Positions 56,760-64,000 of a DNA stretch of 64,000 nt are shown here, piece by piece (the stretch's first letter is position 1; every line of letters begins with the position of its first letter). The notes under the pieces were generated by a model. That model ran no database searches. It saw nothing but the letters and a program-made list of their open reading frames with translations, and was not told where the DNA came from. Source of the DNA: a virus (lineage: Duplodnaviria; Heunggongvirae; Uroviricota; Caudoviricetes); IMG/VR virus record IMGVR_UViG_3300014204_000001, positions 10,011 to 74,010 of that record. One strand, given 5' to 3'. A program made the position numbers and the translations under genes.

Positions 56760-56990
56760 GTGGCCAAGAAAAATGCCCTGCTGAAGAAGCAGCTGGATTA
56801 CACTGAGGCGCTACCGGCCCGTCAAGGCCTCGAGATGATTGCGGGTGGCAAGGGCGACCTCAAGCGCTTACAACATATCAAGGCACTCAACACTGCCCTT
56901 GCCGCCATGCGTGATTTGTCGGGGTGCTTTCAACCAGACGAAATGCTCGCATCCGACGACGATACTGAGAACAAGTACACAGGCCCATAG
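56760..56990 (+). CDS. Small hypothetical protein
   Basis: AGGAG RBS, GTG start. Confidence 0.7.
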   Translation: MAKKNALLKKQLDYTEALPARQGLEMIAGGKGDLKRLQHIKALNTALAAMRDLSGCFQPDEMLASDDDTENKYTGP

Positions 56991-57299
56991 ATGTCTAAGA
57001 AGATCCAGCCTGGAGACCTGGTCGCCTTTCCACAACAGTACATCGACGGCGTTGTCGCGTCCGTGTTTCTTTATGTAGTAGATGAGAAGCTGAGACGCAG
57101 CGCCGGCGTTCAGTACTACCACATCACGCGCCTATACGGCTCTAAAGCTTGGTACCAACCCGCTGCAGGGCGTATCGCTCACGTCTGCGCCAACTGTTTG
57201 CGCCTAAAGAAGGATCACATGCCCGGCGGCCACTGTCTGTACGGCCCTGGCACATTCGCAGTACTAACCCTAAAGAAGTACCGAGAATACAATACATGA
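56991..57299 (+). CDS. SH3-like + Cx2C-x6-H-x5-CLYGP protein
   Basis: IQPGDLVAF...RIAHVCANCLRLKKDHMPGGHCLYGPGTF. Confidence 0.8.
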   Translation: MSKKIQPGDLVAFPQQYIDGVVASVFLYVVDEKLRRSAGVQYYHITRLYGSKAWYQPAAGRIAHVCANCLRLKKDHMPGGHCLYGPGTFAVLTLKKYREYNT

Positions 57300-57550
57300 C
57301 CCCACAAGAAGCCAATGCCGCTGCAGGCGTCTTGAGTAACAAGATTCTTGACCTGATCACTCACCACGACGTCCCGAACGGTGGCGACGTGCAGGTCGAC
57401 CTTCAAGTCACATATATTGCCCTGATGCAACTGATTGCGTCCTTCTCCATGACGATGGGTTTCGAGGAGGAAGCCCTTCTCCACGACATGAAACTCATGT
57501 TGGAACAGTTCCGCAAGGTGCCCAGCGTAACGCAGATGCCGCGTGCGTAA
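57296..57550 (+). CDS. Small hypothetical protein
   Basis: ATGA overlap. Confidence 0.7.
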   Translation: MTPQEANAAAGVLSNKILDLITHHDVPNGGDVQVDLQVTYIALMQLIASFSMTMGFEEEALLHDMKLMLEQFRKVPSVTQMPRA

Positions 57551-57570
57551 CTGCGCAGAGGAGAAGCTGC

Positions 57571-57834
57571 ATGAGCGAAAGAAAGTTCCGCGTTAGGGGC
57601 TATATCACGACCGAGGCCTGGGTGACCGTTTCCGCGGAAGATCGCACAGAGGCACTCGAGAAGGCCAAGAATGGGGGCTGGCGCAGCGGCATCGGTGTGG
57701 AGATCGGAGAGTCCGACAAGGGCAGCTACACAGCTCTCTGTGTGGACGATGAGGCCTCGTTCAAGGGCAAGCGGGCGCCGTTAACCGCATACGCCTGCGA
57801 GTTCAACGATACGCCATGGAAGAAGGACACATGA
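57571..57834 (+). CDS. Small hypothetical protein
   Basis: GAGGAG RBS. Confidence 0.75.
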   Translation: MSERKFRVRGYITTEAWVTVSAEDRTEALEKAKNGGWRSGIGVEIGESDKGSYTALCVDDEASFKGKRAPLTAYACEFNDTPWKKDT

Positions 57835-58085
57835 AAGTCAAGCTGTACACCACGCCCACGTGCGGCCCCTGTCGTCAGCTCAAAGCCAAGATCGCCGCGG
57901 ACGCTGTCCTGGCGCCCCAAGTAGAGATCGTCGACATCACCACCAGCACCGGTATGGAGGAGGCCCGCAAGTACAGTATCTTCAGCGTGCCTGTGATGCT
58001 GTTCTTCAAGGATGGCCAGCCCGTGAATCAGCTCAGTGGCCCCGTCTCCACGCAGGCCATCAAAGACGTCCTGGAACACGGATGA
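57831..58085 (+). CDS. Glutaredoxin/thioredoxin
   Basis: YTTPTCGPC, SVPV..FFKDG. Confidence 0.92.
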   Translation: MKVKLYTTPTCGPCRQLKAKIAADAVLAPQVEIVDITTSTGMEEARKYSIFSVPVMLFFKDGQPVNQLSGPVSTQAIKDVLEHG

Positions 58086-58348
58086 CCCTCGACGAACTCA
58101 TCGACATTGTTGACAAGCACTACGACGACGGCCTGATCAACGCCTACTACGATCCCGAGAAGCAGCAGGCGCGGGACGATTTGGACCTCGATAATCAGTT
58201 GGCGCAGTTCATCGTCATGGAGATCTGCGATACCTTCGAAGAAGGAGCTGCCGATCCTGACCAATTGCGGGAAGCCGTGAGAGTCCTTGAGGTGGCGCAG
58301 GACCAGCTGAATTCGATCATCCGCGGACTTGACGACCACCTACCGTGA
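58082..58348 (+). CDS. Small acidic hypothetical protein
   Basis: ATGA overlap. Confidence 0.75.
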   Translation: MTLDELIDIVDKHYDDGLINAYYDPEKQQARDDLDLDNQLAQFIVMEICDTFEEGAADPDQLREAVRVLEVAQDQLNSIIRGLDDHLP

Positions 58349-58369
58349 CCCGTCGAATGTGCAAGTAAC

Positions 58370-58448
58370 AAAAGGATGACGCCAAAACGGCGTCGTCCTT
58401 TTTTTGGCCTCGGGGCTAAAAAGAAGCGGCCCGTGTTGGCGCCGCCTC
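58370..58448. terminator. Pair of terminators between convergent operons
   Basis: GGATGACGCC/GGCGTCGTCC followed by Ts (+); GAAGCGGC/GCCGCCTC with an A5 flank (-). Confidence 0.8.
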
Positions 58449-58452
58449 TTTG

Positions 58453-58699
58453 CTACATGAAACTGGTCGGAGCATATAAACAGTGCTCTTGCTCCGTGTG
58501 ATCAGTGTAATCCATCCGGCGGTGTCGGCAGATGCGAACCAGTTTATCTTCCCGACAGTTGTAACGCAAGCCTACCTGGACTTTGTACGTGCTGTAGAGG
58601 ACCTCTACAATAATACTGTTTTTTGATGTCCACCACTTCGAAGATCCACACTTGGCGAGACGGTATTCGGACCCAATCCCCCGGTTTCAGCGGTACCAC
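58453..58699 (-). pseudogene. Frameshifted SH3-like + module gene (A6 run; second Cys changed to Arg)
   Basis: LKPGDWVRI...DIK in one frame and NSIIVEV...CRHRRMDYTDHTEQEHCLYAPTSFM* in the adjacent frame; removing one A at 58619-58624 restores an 81-aa ORF. Confidence 0.75.
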
Positions 58700-59052
58700 T
58701 TGTTCGGGTGAATTGGGCAGTGAAAGTACCAACTACCTGGAATGAACGTGCCGTCAGTTTCCTCCTGCCAGGAAACGCGCATCCACACCCAGCGCAGGAC
58801 GTGGTTGTTGAGCCAACCTACCAGGGGACGTAGATGAGCCGGCTCAGGCTCCTTCTCGAGCCCGGCGTAATCCCACTCGAAGACGAGGTAGTCGATGGCG
58901 GACCACTCGCGTTTAGTAGGCTTATGAAACGGTGTGGGCAGGCGCCACGTCCACTCCTGTGTCAGGATGTAGCCTTGGTTTTCCAGGTACTCGGTTGCTT
59001 CTCTATCGCGGCCTGGCCATTTCGCACGAAGACAATCAGGTGCCTGAGGCAT
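58687..59052 (-). CDS. Trp-rich hypothetical protein
   Basis: GAGGA RBS. Confidence 0.7.
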   Translation of the reverse strand: MPQAPDCLRAKWPGRDREATEYLENQGYILTQEWTWRLPTPFHKPTKREWSAIDYLVFEWDYAGLEKEPEPAHLRPLVGWLNNHVLRWVWMRVSWQEETDGTFIPGSWYFHCPIHPNKWYR

Positions 59053-59278
59053 TGAGTTCCTCCTCCACGTATTCACCTTTCTCTTTGTCTAGCCGTATCT
59101 TGGAGACTTGGCGCCCAGCCACTGTCAGCAGCACAGTGCGCCCCTTTTCAAGCTCCTTCTCGGCCGCCTGGCATTCGAGGCGATCTCCGACTACGACTTT
59201 GTTACCGTGTCGCTGCAGAAGGACGCCTCGTGTCCAGGCGATGAAGGACTCTCGGTCACAGCTTAGAGTGTTCTTCAT
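59036..59278 (-). CDS. Small hypothetical protein
   Basis: Overlap-coupled. Confidence 0.7.
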   Translation of the reverse strand: MKNTLSCDRESFIAWTRGVLLQRHGNKVVVGDRLECQAAEKELEKGRTVLLTVAGRQVSKIRLDKEKGEYVEEELNASGT

Positions 59279-59510
59279 GCTGTATTTCTTTCACCGCCTG
59301 CGTGAGCGCGTCGTGGAGACGCATCGCTGTCTCGGCGAGAGCCATCAGCGCCTCCTTCTCGGAGGTGAAGTCGAATTGATCTAGGCCAACGTGGATATTC
59401 CAGGCCTTGAACTCAGAGTCATAGTCCAGTGATCCAGCAAACTCGTACCTGCCTTTCGTATCCACCAAGGTAAATGTTTTCTGGGTGACCTTGAAGACCA
59501 TGTGACGCAC
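59256..59510 (-). CDS. Small hypothetical protein
   Basis: TAGTG overlap. Confidence 0.7.
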   Translation of the reverse strand: MRHMVFKVTQKTFTLVDTKGRYEFAGSLDYDSEFKAWNIHVGLDQFDFTSEKEALMALAETAMRLHDALTQAVKEIQHEEHSKL

Positions 59511-59854
59511 TACCCTTTCTTGAACTTCTGGGCCGCTGTCTTCGTGACAGTACCCTTGCCCTTGCAGCAGGGGCACGTGACAAGCTCTGCCTTCTTCTTC
59601 AACGCCTCGGAGAATCGTTTGCCTGTGGTCGTGTAGCCACAGTGGCCACAGTGAAGCTCGTCACCATTGTGAAGGAGGCCGCAGTCATCTCCGCCTTCTT
59701 CAGAGGTCTCAATGACGAACGCGCCAGGGTGGTCATAGCTATCCTCGGGCCGCTCCCCGTTAGGAAGATAGCCGCCATAGTCTACTTTGCACCTTGGACA
59801 CCGGAACTCCTTGTCTGGTACTTGGTACTTCGCGTGATCAAGTTCGCAGTTCAT
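59510..59854 (-). CDS. Multi-CxxC Zn-finger protein
   Basis: CPRC, CGHC, CPCCKGKG. Confidence 0.75.
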   Translation of the reverse strand: MNCELDHAKYQVPDKEFRCPRCKVDYGGYLPNGERPEDSYDHPGAFVIETSEEGGDDCGLLHNGDELHCGHCGYTTTGKRFSEALKKKAELVTCPCCKGKGTVTKTAAQKFKKG

Positions 59855-60111
59855 GGTTCCTCCCAGTAACCCGGGCCATACAAACACTTCTTGTTCTTGG
59901 CGTGTTCCTTGCGCGGCATGTCGCAGTTCTTGCAGAGGACCCAGAGTACGTTGCGGAGTCGAGAGCCGTATCTGTGGCCAGCTTCAAGGTCGAATATGTC
60001 ATACGAGAGCCACTGTTCGCTTACTGGGTTGCGCAGATTCAAACCCTCGACAATATAGCGTCGGCCACTGTAACGGTTCATCACGCGCTGGCCTGGCTTC
60101 AGCCTCGTCAC
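59851..60111 (-). CDS. SH3-like + Cx2C-x6-H-x5-CLYGP protein
   Basis: LKPGQRV...LCKNCDMPRKEHAKNKKCLYGPGYW. Confidence 0.82.
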   Translation of the reverse strand: MTRLKPGQRVMNRYSGRRYIVEGLNLRNPVSEQWLSYDIFDLEAGHRYGSRLRNVLWVLCKNCDMPRKEHAKNKKCLYGPGYWEEP

Positions 60112-60323
60112 GGCTTGGGCTCCTCCGCGAGAAGATGTGTCAGTGCGTCACGGAGCAGCACTGCTTCTTCCTTACTGAAGGTCACACGGTGCGCAGGCTT
60201 GCCTGGATCGTCTTCGTAGTAGCCAATCTCGATGCCCTCGAGCCCATCCGGATCAAGGCCTATCTTGTAGTGGTAGCCATCGTTCCAGATCTCGAAGCAC
60301 TTCTCCATAAACGGCAGTGTCAT
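60108..60323 (-). CDS. Small hypothetical protein
   Basis: TAATG overlap, GGAGG RBS. Confidence 0.7.
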   Translation of the reverse strand: MTLPFMEKCFEIWNDGYHYKIGLDPDGLEGIEIGYYEDDPGKPAHRVTFSKEEAVLLRDALTHLLAEEPKP

Positions 60324-60547
60324 TACTCCTCCCAGTAACCAGGACCATATAGGCACTTTGCGAGCATGCTTCCACCAAAGGCGTAAAGCTCGTAACTTTG
60401 GGGTGTGCGGTCCCACTCCCAACGTACGTGAAACACCTTGTGTTCCTGCTGGTGCACTACCGCAATAACGGTACCACGACGATACAGGCCCCCGCGAGGG
60501 TTTGGTTCACCGACACGCGCGCCCGCGAATACTTGATCTTCGCGCAT
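60323..60547 (-). CDS. SH3-like protein with a truncated module (KCLYGPGYW only)
   Basis: GARV...GTV..V...VRW; ends AKCLYGPGYWEE. Confidence 0.75.
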   Translation of the reverse strand: MREDQVFAGARVGEPNPRGGLYRRGTVIAVVHQQEHKVFHVRWEWDRTPQSYELYAFGGSMLAKCLYGPGYWEE

Positions 60548-60804
60548 CAGCGCTTCCGCAGCACTGGCTGGCCGATATGGTAACAAATGCTGACGAGCAT
60601 ACTACTGATTACCAAAGTGGCGATACCTTGGAGGAGGAAGAGTAGGATGCTGAAGGAAAACTCTGGAGGAGTTTCCCTTGACGGCATCATGGGACCAAAG
60701 ACTGTCACGGACAGGTAACCTAGGCCCAGCAACAGCGCCACGAAGACTCCGGCGATTATGCCGCCGACAATTATTGCGAGCAGTCCGCGCAGAAGGGTGT
60801 TCAT
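60547..60804 (-). CDS. Two-TM membrane protein
   Basis: Two hydrophobic helices. Confidence 0.75.
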   Translation of the reverse strand: MNTLLRGLLAIIVGGIIAGVFVALLLGLGYLSVTVFGPMMPSRETPPEFSFSILLFLLQGIATLVISSMLVSICYHIGQPVLRKR

Positions 60805-61166
60805 CGGTTCAACGCCTCCGCGAGCATCCTGCTCGCCTCTCGCGCCGCTTTGCCTCTAGCGCACGCAAAGTTATCCGCGAGCGGACAGGTGAGCGCAAGG
60901 AAGTACTGCTCCGTGGTGTTCTTGGTATCGCGCCCCGGCGTCCCGTGGCGTCGGCGAATGGGGTAGATCTTCTTGCCGCAATGGGCGCAGGGAACTTGGA
61001 GCTTTAGAGCTGCCGCCAATAGGGCTCTGGGTATTGTGGGCATCACTTCGAAGCGATTGTGCTTACCCGGGTAGTTCTTGATGTACTGGCGGAACGTCGA
61101 CCACAGCGGGTCGTTGAGCAGGGGAATAGTCGAAGGGATGTTCAACGGCAAAGAAAGCTGCTGCAT
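60801..61166 (-). CDS. Zn-finger hypothetical protein
   Basis: CAHC...C....C. Confidence 0.7.
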   Translation of the reverse strand: MQQLSLPLNIPSTIPLLNDPLWSTFRQYIKNYPGKHNRFEVMPTIPRALLAAALKLQVPCAHCGKKIYPIRRRHGTPGRDTKNTTEQYFLALTCPLADNFACARGKAAREASRMLAEALNR

Positions 61167-61167
61167 A

Positions 61168-61425
61168 TTAGATCTCCCCAAGGTGGGTGAGGACGTCGTT
61201 TGCGGTGCTGATAATACGCGCGGGCTCTCGCTTGCGAATGACCTCTATCAGGTCTGAGAGGCCGCATGTGGCCCCATCGAGCACCACCTCCATCTTGCCC
61301 TCGAGCTCGAGGGGCTTGTCAGTGACCAGCACCCCGACGATGGCGTAGCGATACTGTTTCGGCGTTTTGTTAGGTCTTTGCCGGGGCCAGATCACTGCAC
61401 GTAAATACTCTTGTCTTGTAGACAC
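61168..61425 (-). CDS. Small hypothetical protein
   Basis: AGGAGG RBS, GTG start. Confidence 0.7.
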   Translation of the reverse strand: MSTRQEYLRAVIWPRQRPNKTPKQYRYAIVGVLVTDKPLELEGKMEVVLDGATCGLSDLIEVIRKREPARIISTANDVLTHLGEI

Positions 61426-61427
61426 AC

Positions 61428-61535
61428 TCAACCTCCTTTGGGTATGCAGTACCACCACGGTGCTGTGGGGTGCTCCTGCTTGCAGACTGCAGTCATTACT
61501 ACACCGAATGCGAGAAATGCTCGACTTGCTTTCAT
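61428..61535 (-). CDS. 35-aa peptide missed by the ORF track
   Basis: ATGA overlap with the upstream stop; MKASRAFLAFGVVMTAVCKQEHPTAPWWYCIPKGG. Confidence 0.5.
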   Translation of the reverse strand: MKASRAFLAFGVVMTAVCKQEHPTAPWWYCIPKGG

Positions 61536-61801
61536 CGTGTGCTCCACATGAGGTCCTCTGCGCGCTGCATGAAGTCGGAGTGCAGCTTGTCTTCAGCTTC
61601 TTGGAACTCCGCGGCCATAGCCTTCAGGTCAGCCAGCAGCTTCGCGCCAACTTCGGGCGGTAGGATCTTCACCGGGTAGAAGTGGAACCCGGGGCCGTAC
61701 TCTTCCGTCTCGACTTTGCCATTGGGGAACATCTTCGTGATACAGCCACCGAGCCACGGAGGCACACCGCTGCACGACCAGAACGCGTAGTAGCCCTTCA
61801 T
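61532..61801 (-). CDS. Small hypothetical protein
   Basis: GGAGG RBS. Confidence 0.75.
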   Translation of the reverse strand: MKGYYAFWSCSGVPPWLGGCITKMFPNGKVETEEYGPGFHFYPVKILPPEVGAKLLADLKAMAAEFQEAEDKLHSDFMQRAEDLMWSTR

Positions 61802-61840
61802 GCTTCCTCCATCAAGGTTTAGTCCAACGCTCCTAATACC

Positions 61841-61872
61841 AAAAAAGAAGCGCCCCGTGGAAGGGGCGCTTC
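61841..61872 (-). terminator. Rho-independent terminator after the helicase
   Basis: GAAGCGCCCC/GGGGCGCTTC followed by T6 on the minus strand. Confidence 0.85.
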
Positions 61873-61890
61873 AGTGACGTACGGAGACGT

Positions 61891-63957
61891 CTACACGGCC
61901 CACGCTGTTTTAGTAATCTCAGCGGCGAAGATTGCGTCGTAGTAGTCGCTGCGCGGGTCTACCCAGCTTTTAAGGCTTCTGGCATCCGAGAGCTCTGTTT
62001 TATTGTGTGCGCGGCAGAGCGGGCGGGGTTCACCGCGCCTAGCCCGTGCCAAGAATTGCTCCTTCTTGGCTGCTGAGTAACCTACCAAACTCCACTGGGG
62101 CGCTATGGCATATAGTTCGGCCTTGAAGGCGGGGTATCTATCCATCAGGTCTCGCCAAGTGCGCCATAGTTTCGTGCCGTATTTTGGCTTCGGCGCGCCG
62201 CTACGCGCACGCAGTAGCAATTCTTCCATGCGCTCTGTAGGCTTTCCACGGCGGGCCCAACTAGGCTGCAAACTAATTATGGCCGCCTCAAACAGCGCGT
62301 CTGCAGCCATGTAATGATAGAGTGCCTTGCATAGCCTTTTGCTGGTAGGTTTAGTCCCCTTACGCGCACACTCGAGAAGATCGGCCTTAATCATCTCCTT
62401 TGTCACTCGTTGCTGCCATACCCAAGACGGACGCAGCAGACCGAGCTCCGCTGTGAAGTGAGCGTCGTAACCACTCGAACTAGGGTTGGTATAGTGAGGC
62501 AGCGCAAACCCTAGCGGTGTATGGCATGCTGGACGAGCATCGCCTCTTCGCGCCATCTCGAGCAACAACTTCTTCCGCTGTGTAGGGAGCCTTCCGCCGT
62601 TAGTGGATCCCTTCACGACTGCCGCTTGTACTGCCCGCTTCAGTGCTTCGACGTCCGGCCCCATGATGATTACGGGGAGTTCACCGCCGCCGCCACCTCC
62701 TTCGCCGCCAGCTTCGCGCTCGCGGATGTTGTCCATGACGGCGCGCAGCATCTCGTCTTGATCTTCGAGGGCCTTGAGCACGTCGAGGACGGGGCGAAAC
62801 CGCGCCCGCTCCGTGGCGTCTTCGTAGGTCTCACCAGCGCCCAAATCGCGGAACAGCGGAATGAAGATGTAGCAGCAATCCTTCTTCGAACCCGCGGGGA
62901 TGCGCATTCCGCGCCCGGCAGCCTGGACGATGTCGACGAGAGACTTCTTCGGGGAGAGGAACGCCACCATGTCCACCGCGGGGACATCAACGCCTTCGGT
63001 GAGGCATCGGGCATTGGACATGACAGCCGCGTCAGCACGCTTGAACATGTTCATTTCTGCGTCGCGAGTACTGGTGGGCATCATGCCGTTGACGTGGTGG
63101 TGGGACACCTTCCCGTCGAATACAGAGAACTTGTCTTCCGCGAACTCGCGGGCGTCGGCGACGGTGCGGTGGAACGTGAAGATCTTCTTGATACCGAGCT
63201 TGTCGATGGCCTTCTGGAGGGCGACCTGCACAGCGGCGTGGTTGTCAGTATCGACGGCCTCGGTGATCTCCGAGATAACGAGTTCGTAGCGGCAGATAAT
63301 CCCTTGGTCCACCGCCTTGCGGAACGAAAGCTTGTGGAACACTGGTCCGTAGACTGCTTCGTTGTCCATGGAATAAACGACTTCGTCTTCGCTGCCTTCC
63401 TTGGTGCCCACCTTCACCACGCGCGGAGTCGCGGTGAAGAACAGGCGCTTTGCACAGCGCACGTTCTCGTCGTGCAGGGCAAAGCCGAAGGCTTTGTCTT
63501 TGACGCCCGAGGTCTTGTGCGCTTCGTCGAACAGTGCAAGGTCGAAGCTCAGTCCCGCCAGCAGTGGCGCCGAGTGGTAGGTGCAGAAGACCACGCGGAC
63601 GCCCCGCTTACGCAGGAACACGGGAACGTCTGCAGGGTTGGTGGTCACAGGGCAGCCAACTTCGCTGACGTCTACGTGGATGGAATCCGTCTCCGCCACG
63701 GAGTCGTCTGAGCAGACTGCGAGTGCCGACCAGCGCCCCCAGGACGCGTTGAGACGGTACTCACCGAGGAGCTGACGAATCAGCGCCAACGAGGGCGCCA
63801 GGACAAGGATCTTCTGCGCCTTAGACTGCTCAGCGGCCCAGAGGCCGACGAGGGTCTTGCCTGTGCCGCAGGCCATCAGGACCTGGCCGCAGGTGTGCTG
63901 CTTCAATCCTTCGCAGATGTCGGCAAGAGCGTCAATCTGGTGCTGACGAGGCTTCAT
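61891..63957 (-). CDS. SF2 (DEAH/Res-like) helicase with C-terminal repeats
   Basis: MACGTGKT, FDEAH, FTATP, RCLTEGVDVP, DIVQAAGRGMR. Confidence 0.92.
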   Translation of the reverse strand: MKPRQHQIDALADICEGLKQHTCGQVLMACGTGKTLVGLWAAEQSKAQKILVLAPSLALIRQLLGEYRLNASWGRWSALAVCSDDSVAETDSIHVDVSEVGCPVTTNPADVPVFLRKRGVRVVFCTYHSAPLLAGLSFDLALFDEAHKTSGVKDKAFGFALHDENVRCAKRLFFTATPRVVKVGTKEGSEDEVVYSMDNEAVYGPVFHKLSFRKAVDQGIICRYELVISEITEAVDTDNHAAVQVALQKAIDKLGIKKIFTFHRTVADAREFAEDKFSVFDGKVSHHHVNGMMPTSTRDAEMNMFKRADAAVMSNARCLTEGVDVPAVDMVAFLSPKKSLVDIVQAAGRGMRIPAGSKKDCCYIFIPLFRDLGAGETYEDATERARFRPVLDVLKALEDQDEMLRAVMDNIREREAGGEGGGGGGELPVIIMGPDVEALKRAVQAAVVKGSTNGGRLPTQRKKLLLEMARRGDARPACHTPLGFALPHYTNPSSSGYDAHFTAELGLLRPSWVWQQRVTKEMIKADLLECARKGTKPTSKRLCKALYHYMAADALFEAAIISLQPSWARRGKPTERMEELLLRARSGAPKPKYGTKLWRTWRDLMDRYPAFKAELYAIAPQWSLVGYSAAKKEQFLARARRGEPRPLCRAHNKTELSDARSLKSWVDPRSDYYDAIFAAEITKTAWAV

Positions 63958-64000
63958 AGGATTTACTCCGTAAAAGAGTTTGTAGGCTTCCTTCCTGATA

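Larger units (their letters stand above)
12037..63974. repeat. Dispersed 13-bp palindrome TTTAC-N3-GTAAA (8 perfect copies)
   Basis: Copies start at 12037, 19985, 25862, 28636, 39345, 49202, 54591 and 63962. Confidence 0.85.

Noticed and set aside
49826-60547. Diversity-generating retroelement as the source of the repeated CLYGP module
   Set aside because: No reverse transcriptase in the window, and the copies differ at all four bases (mostly synonymously) rather than only at adenines.
62521-63711. 396-aa plus-strand ORF
   Set aside because: Antisense shadow of the helicase, with no motifs or RBS; typical of GC-rich DNA.
1-64000. CRISPR array or tandem direct-repeat array
   Set aside because: No regularly spaced direct repeats were seen; the recurring elements are dispersed palindromes, terminators and a protein module.
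1-64000. Alternative genetic code (stop-codon reassignment)
   Set aside because: Long genes read through intact in the standard code, and TAG, TGA and TAA all end genes with tight overlaps.

Overview
This 64-kb window is a fragment of a large, GC-rich (about 60% by eye) tailed dsDNA phage genome, myovirus-like and probably a jumbo phage. The host cannot be assigned from the sequence. In order it holds: the 3' end of a class II ribonucleotide reductase; a minus-strand tail/baseplate module (about 1.9-25.8 kb) with tail fibre, baseplate wedge and hub proteins, an M15 peptidase, a sigma-70-family factor, LamG/Kelch/Ig-like accessory proteins, tape measure, and a tail chaperone with a -1 frameshift signal; a plus-strand replication and nucleotide block (DinG, XRE HTH, ThyX, dNMP kinase, dCMP deaminase); an RNA block (tRNA-Gln, tRNA-Thr, tmRNA, an unassigned structured RNA, RtcB); putative virion proteins including a composite SNF2 protein; and about 40 small accessory genes with a DNA ligase, glutaredoxin, CYTH, GNAT and HAD enzymes, ending in an SF2 helicase. 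The most unusual signals are: (1) a Cx2C-x6-H-x4/5-C-LYxP module in 11 otherwise dissimilar genes, two of them frameshifted just before the module; (2) a 13-bp palindrome TTTAC-N3-GTAAA found perfectly 8 times, mostly near gene starts; (3) a nested-stem RNA of about 170 nt between tmRNA and rtcB; (4) an RBS-sequestering pseudoknot-like leader upstream of a putative late operon. All functional calls come from motifs read by eye; no database search was run.
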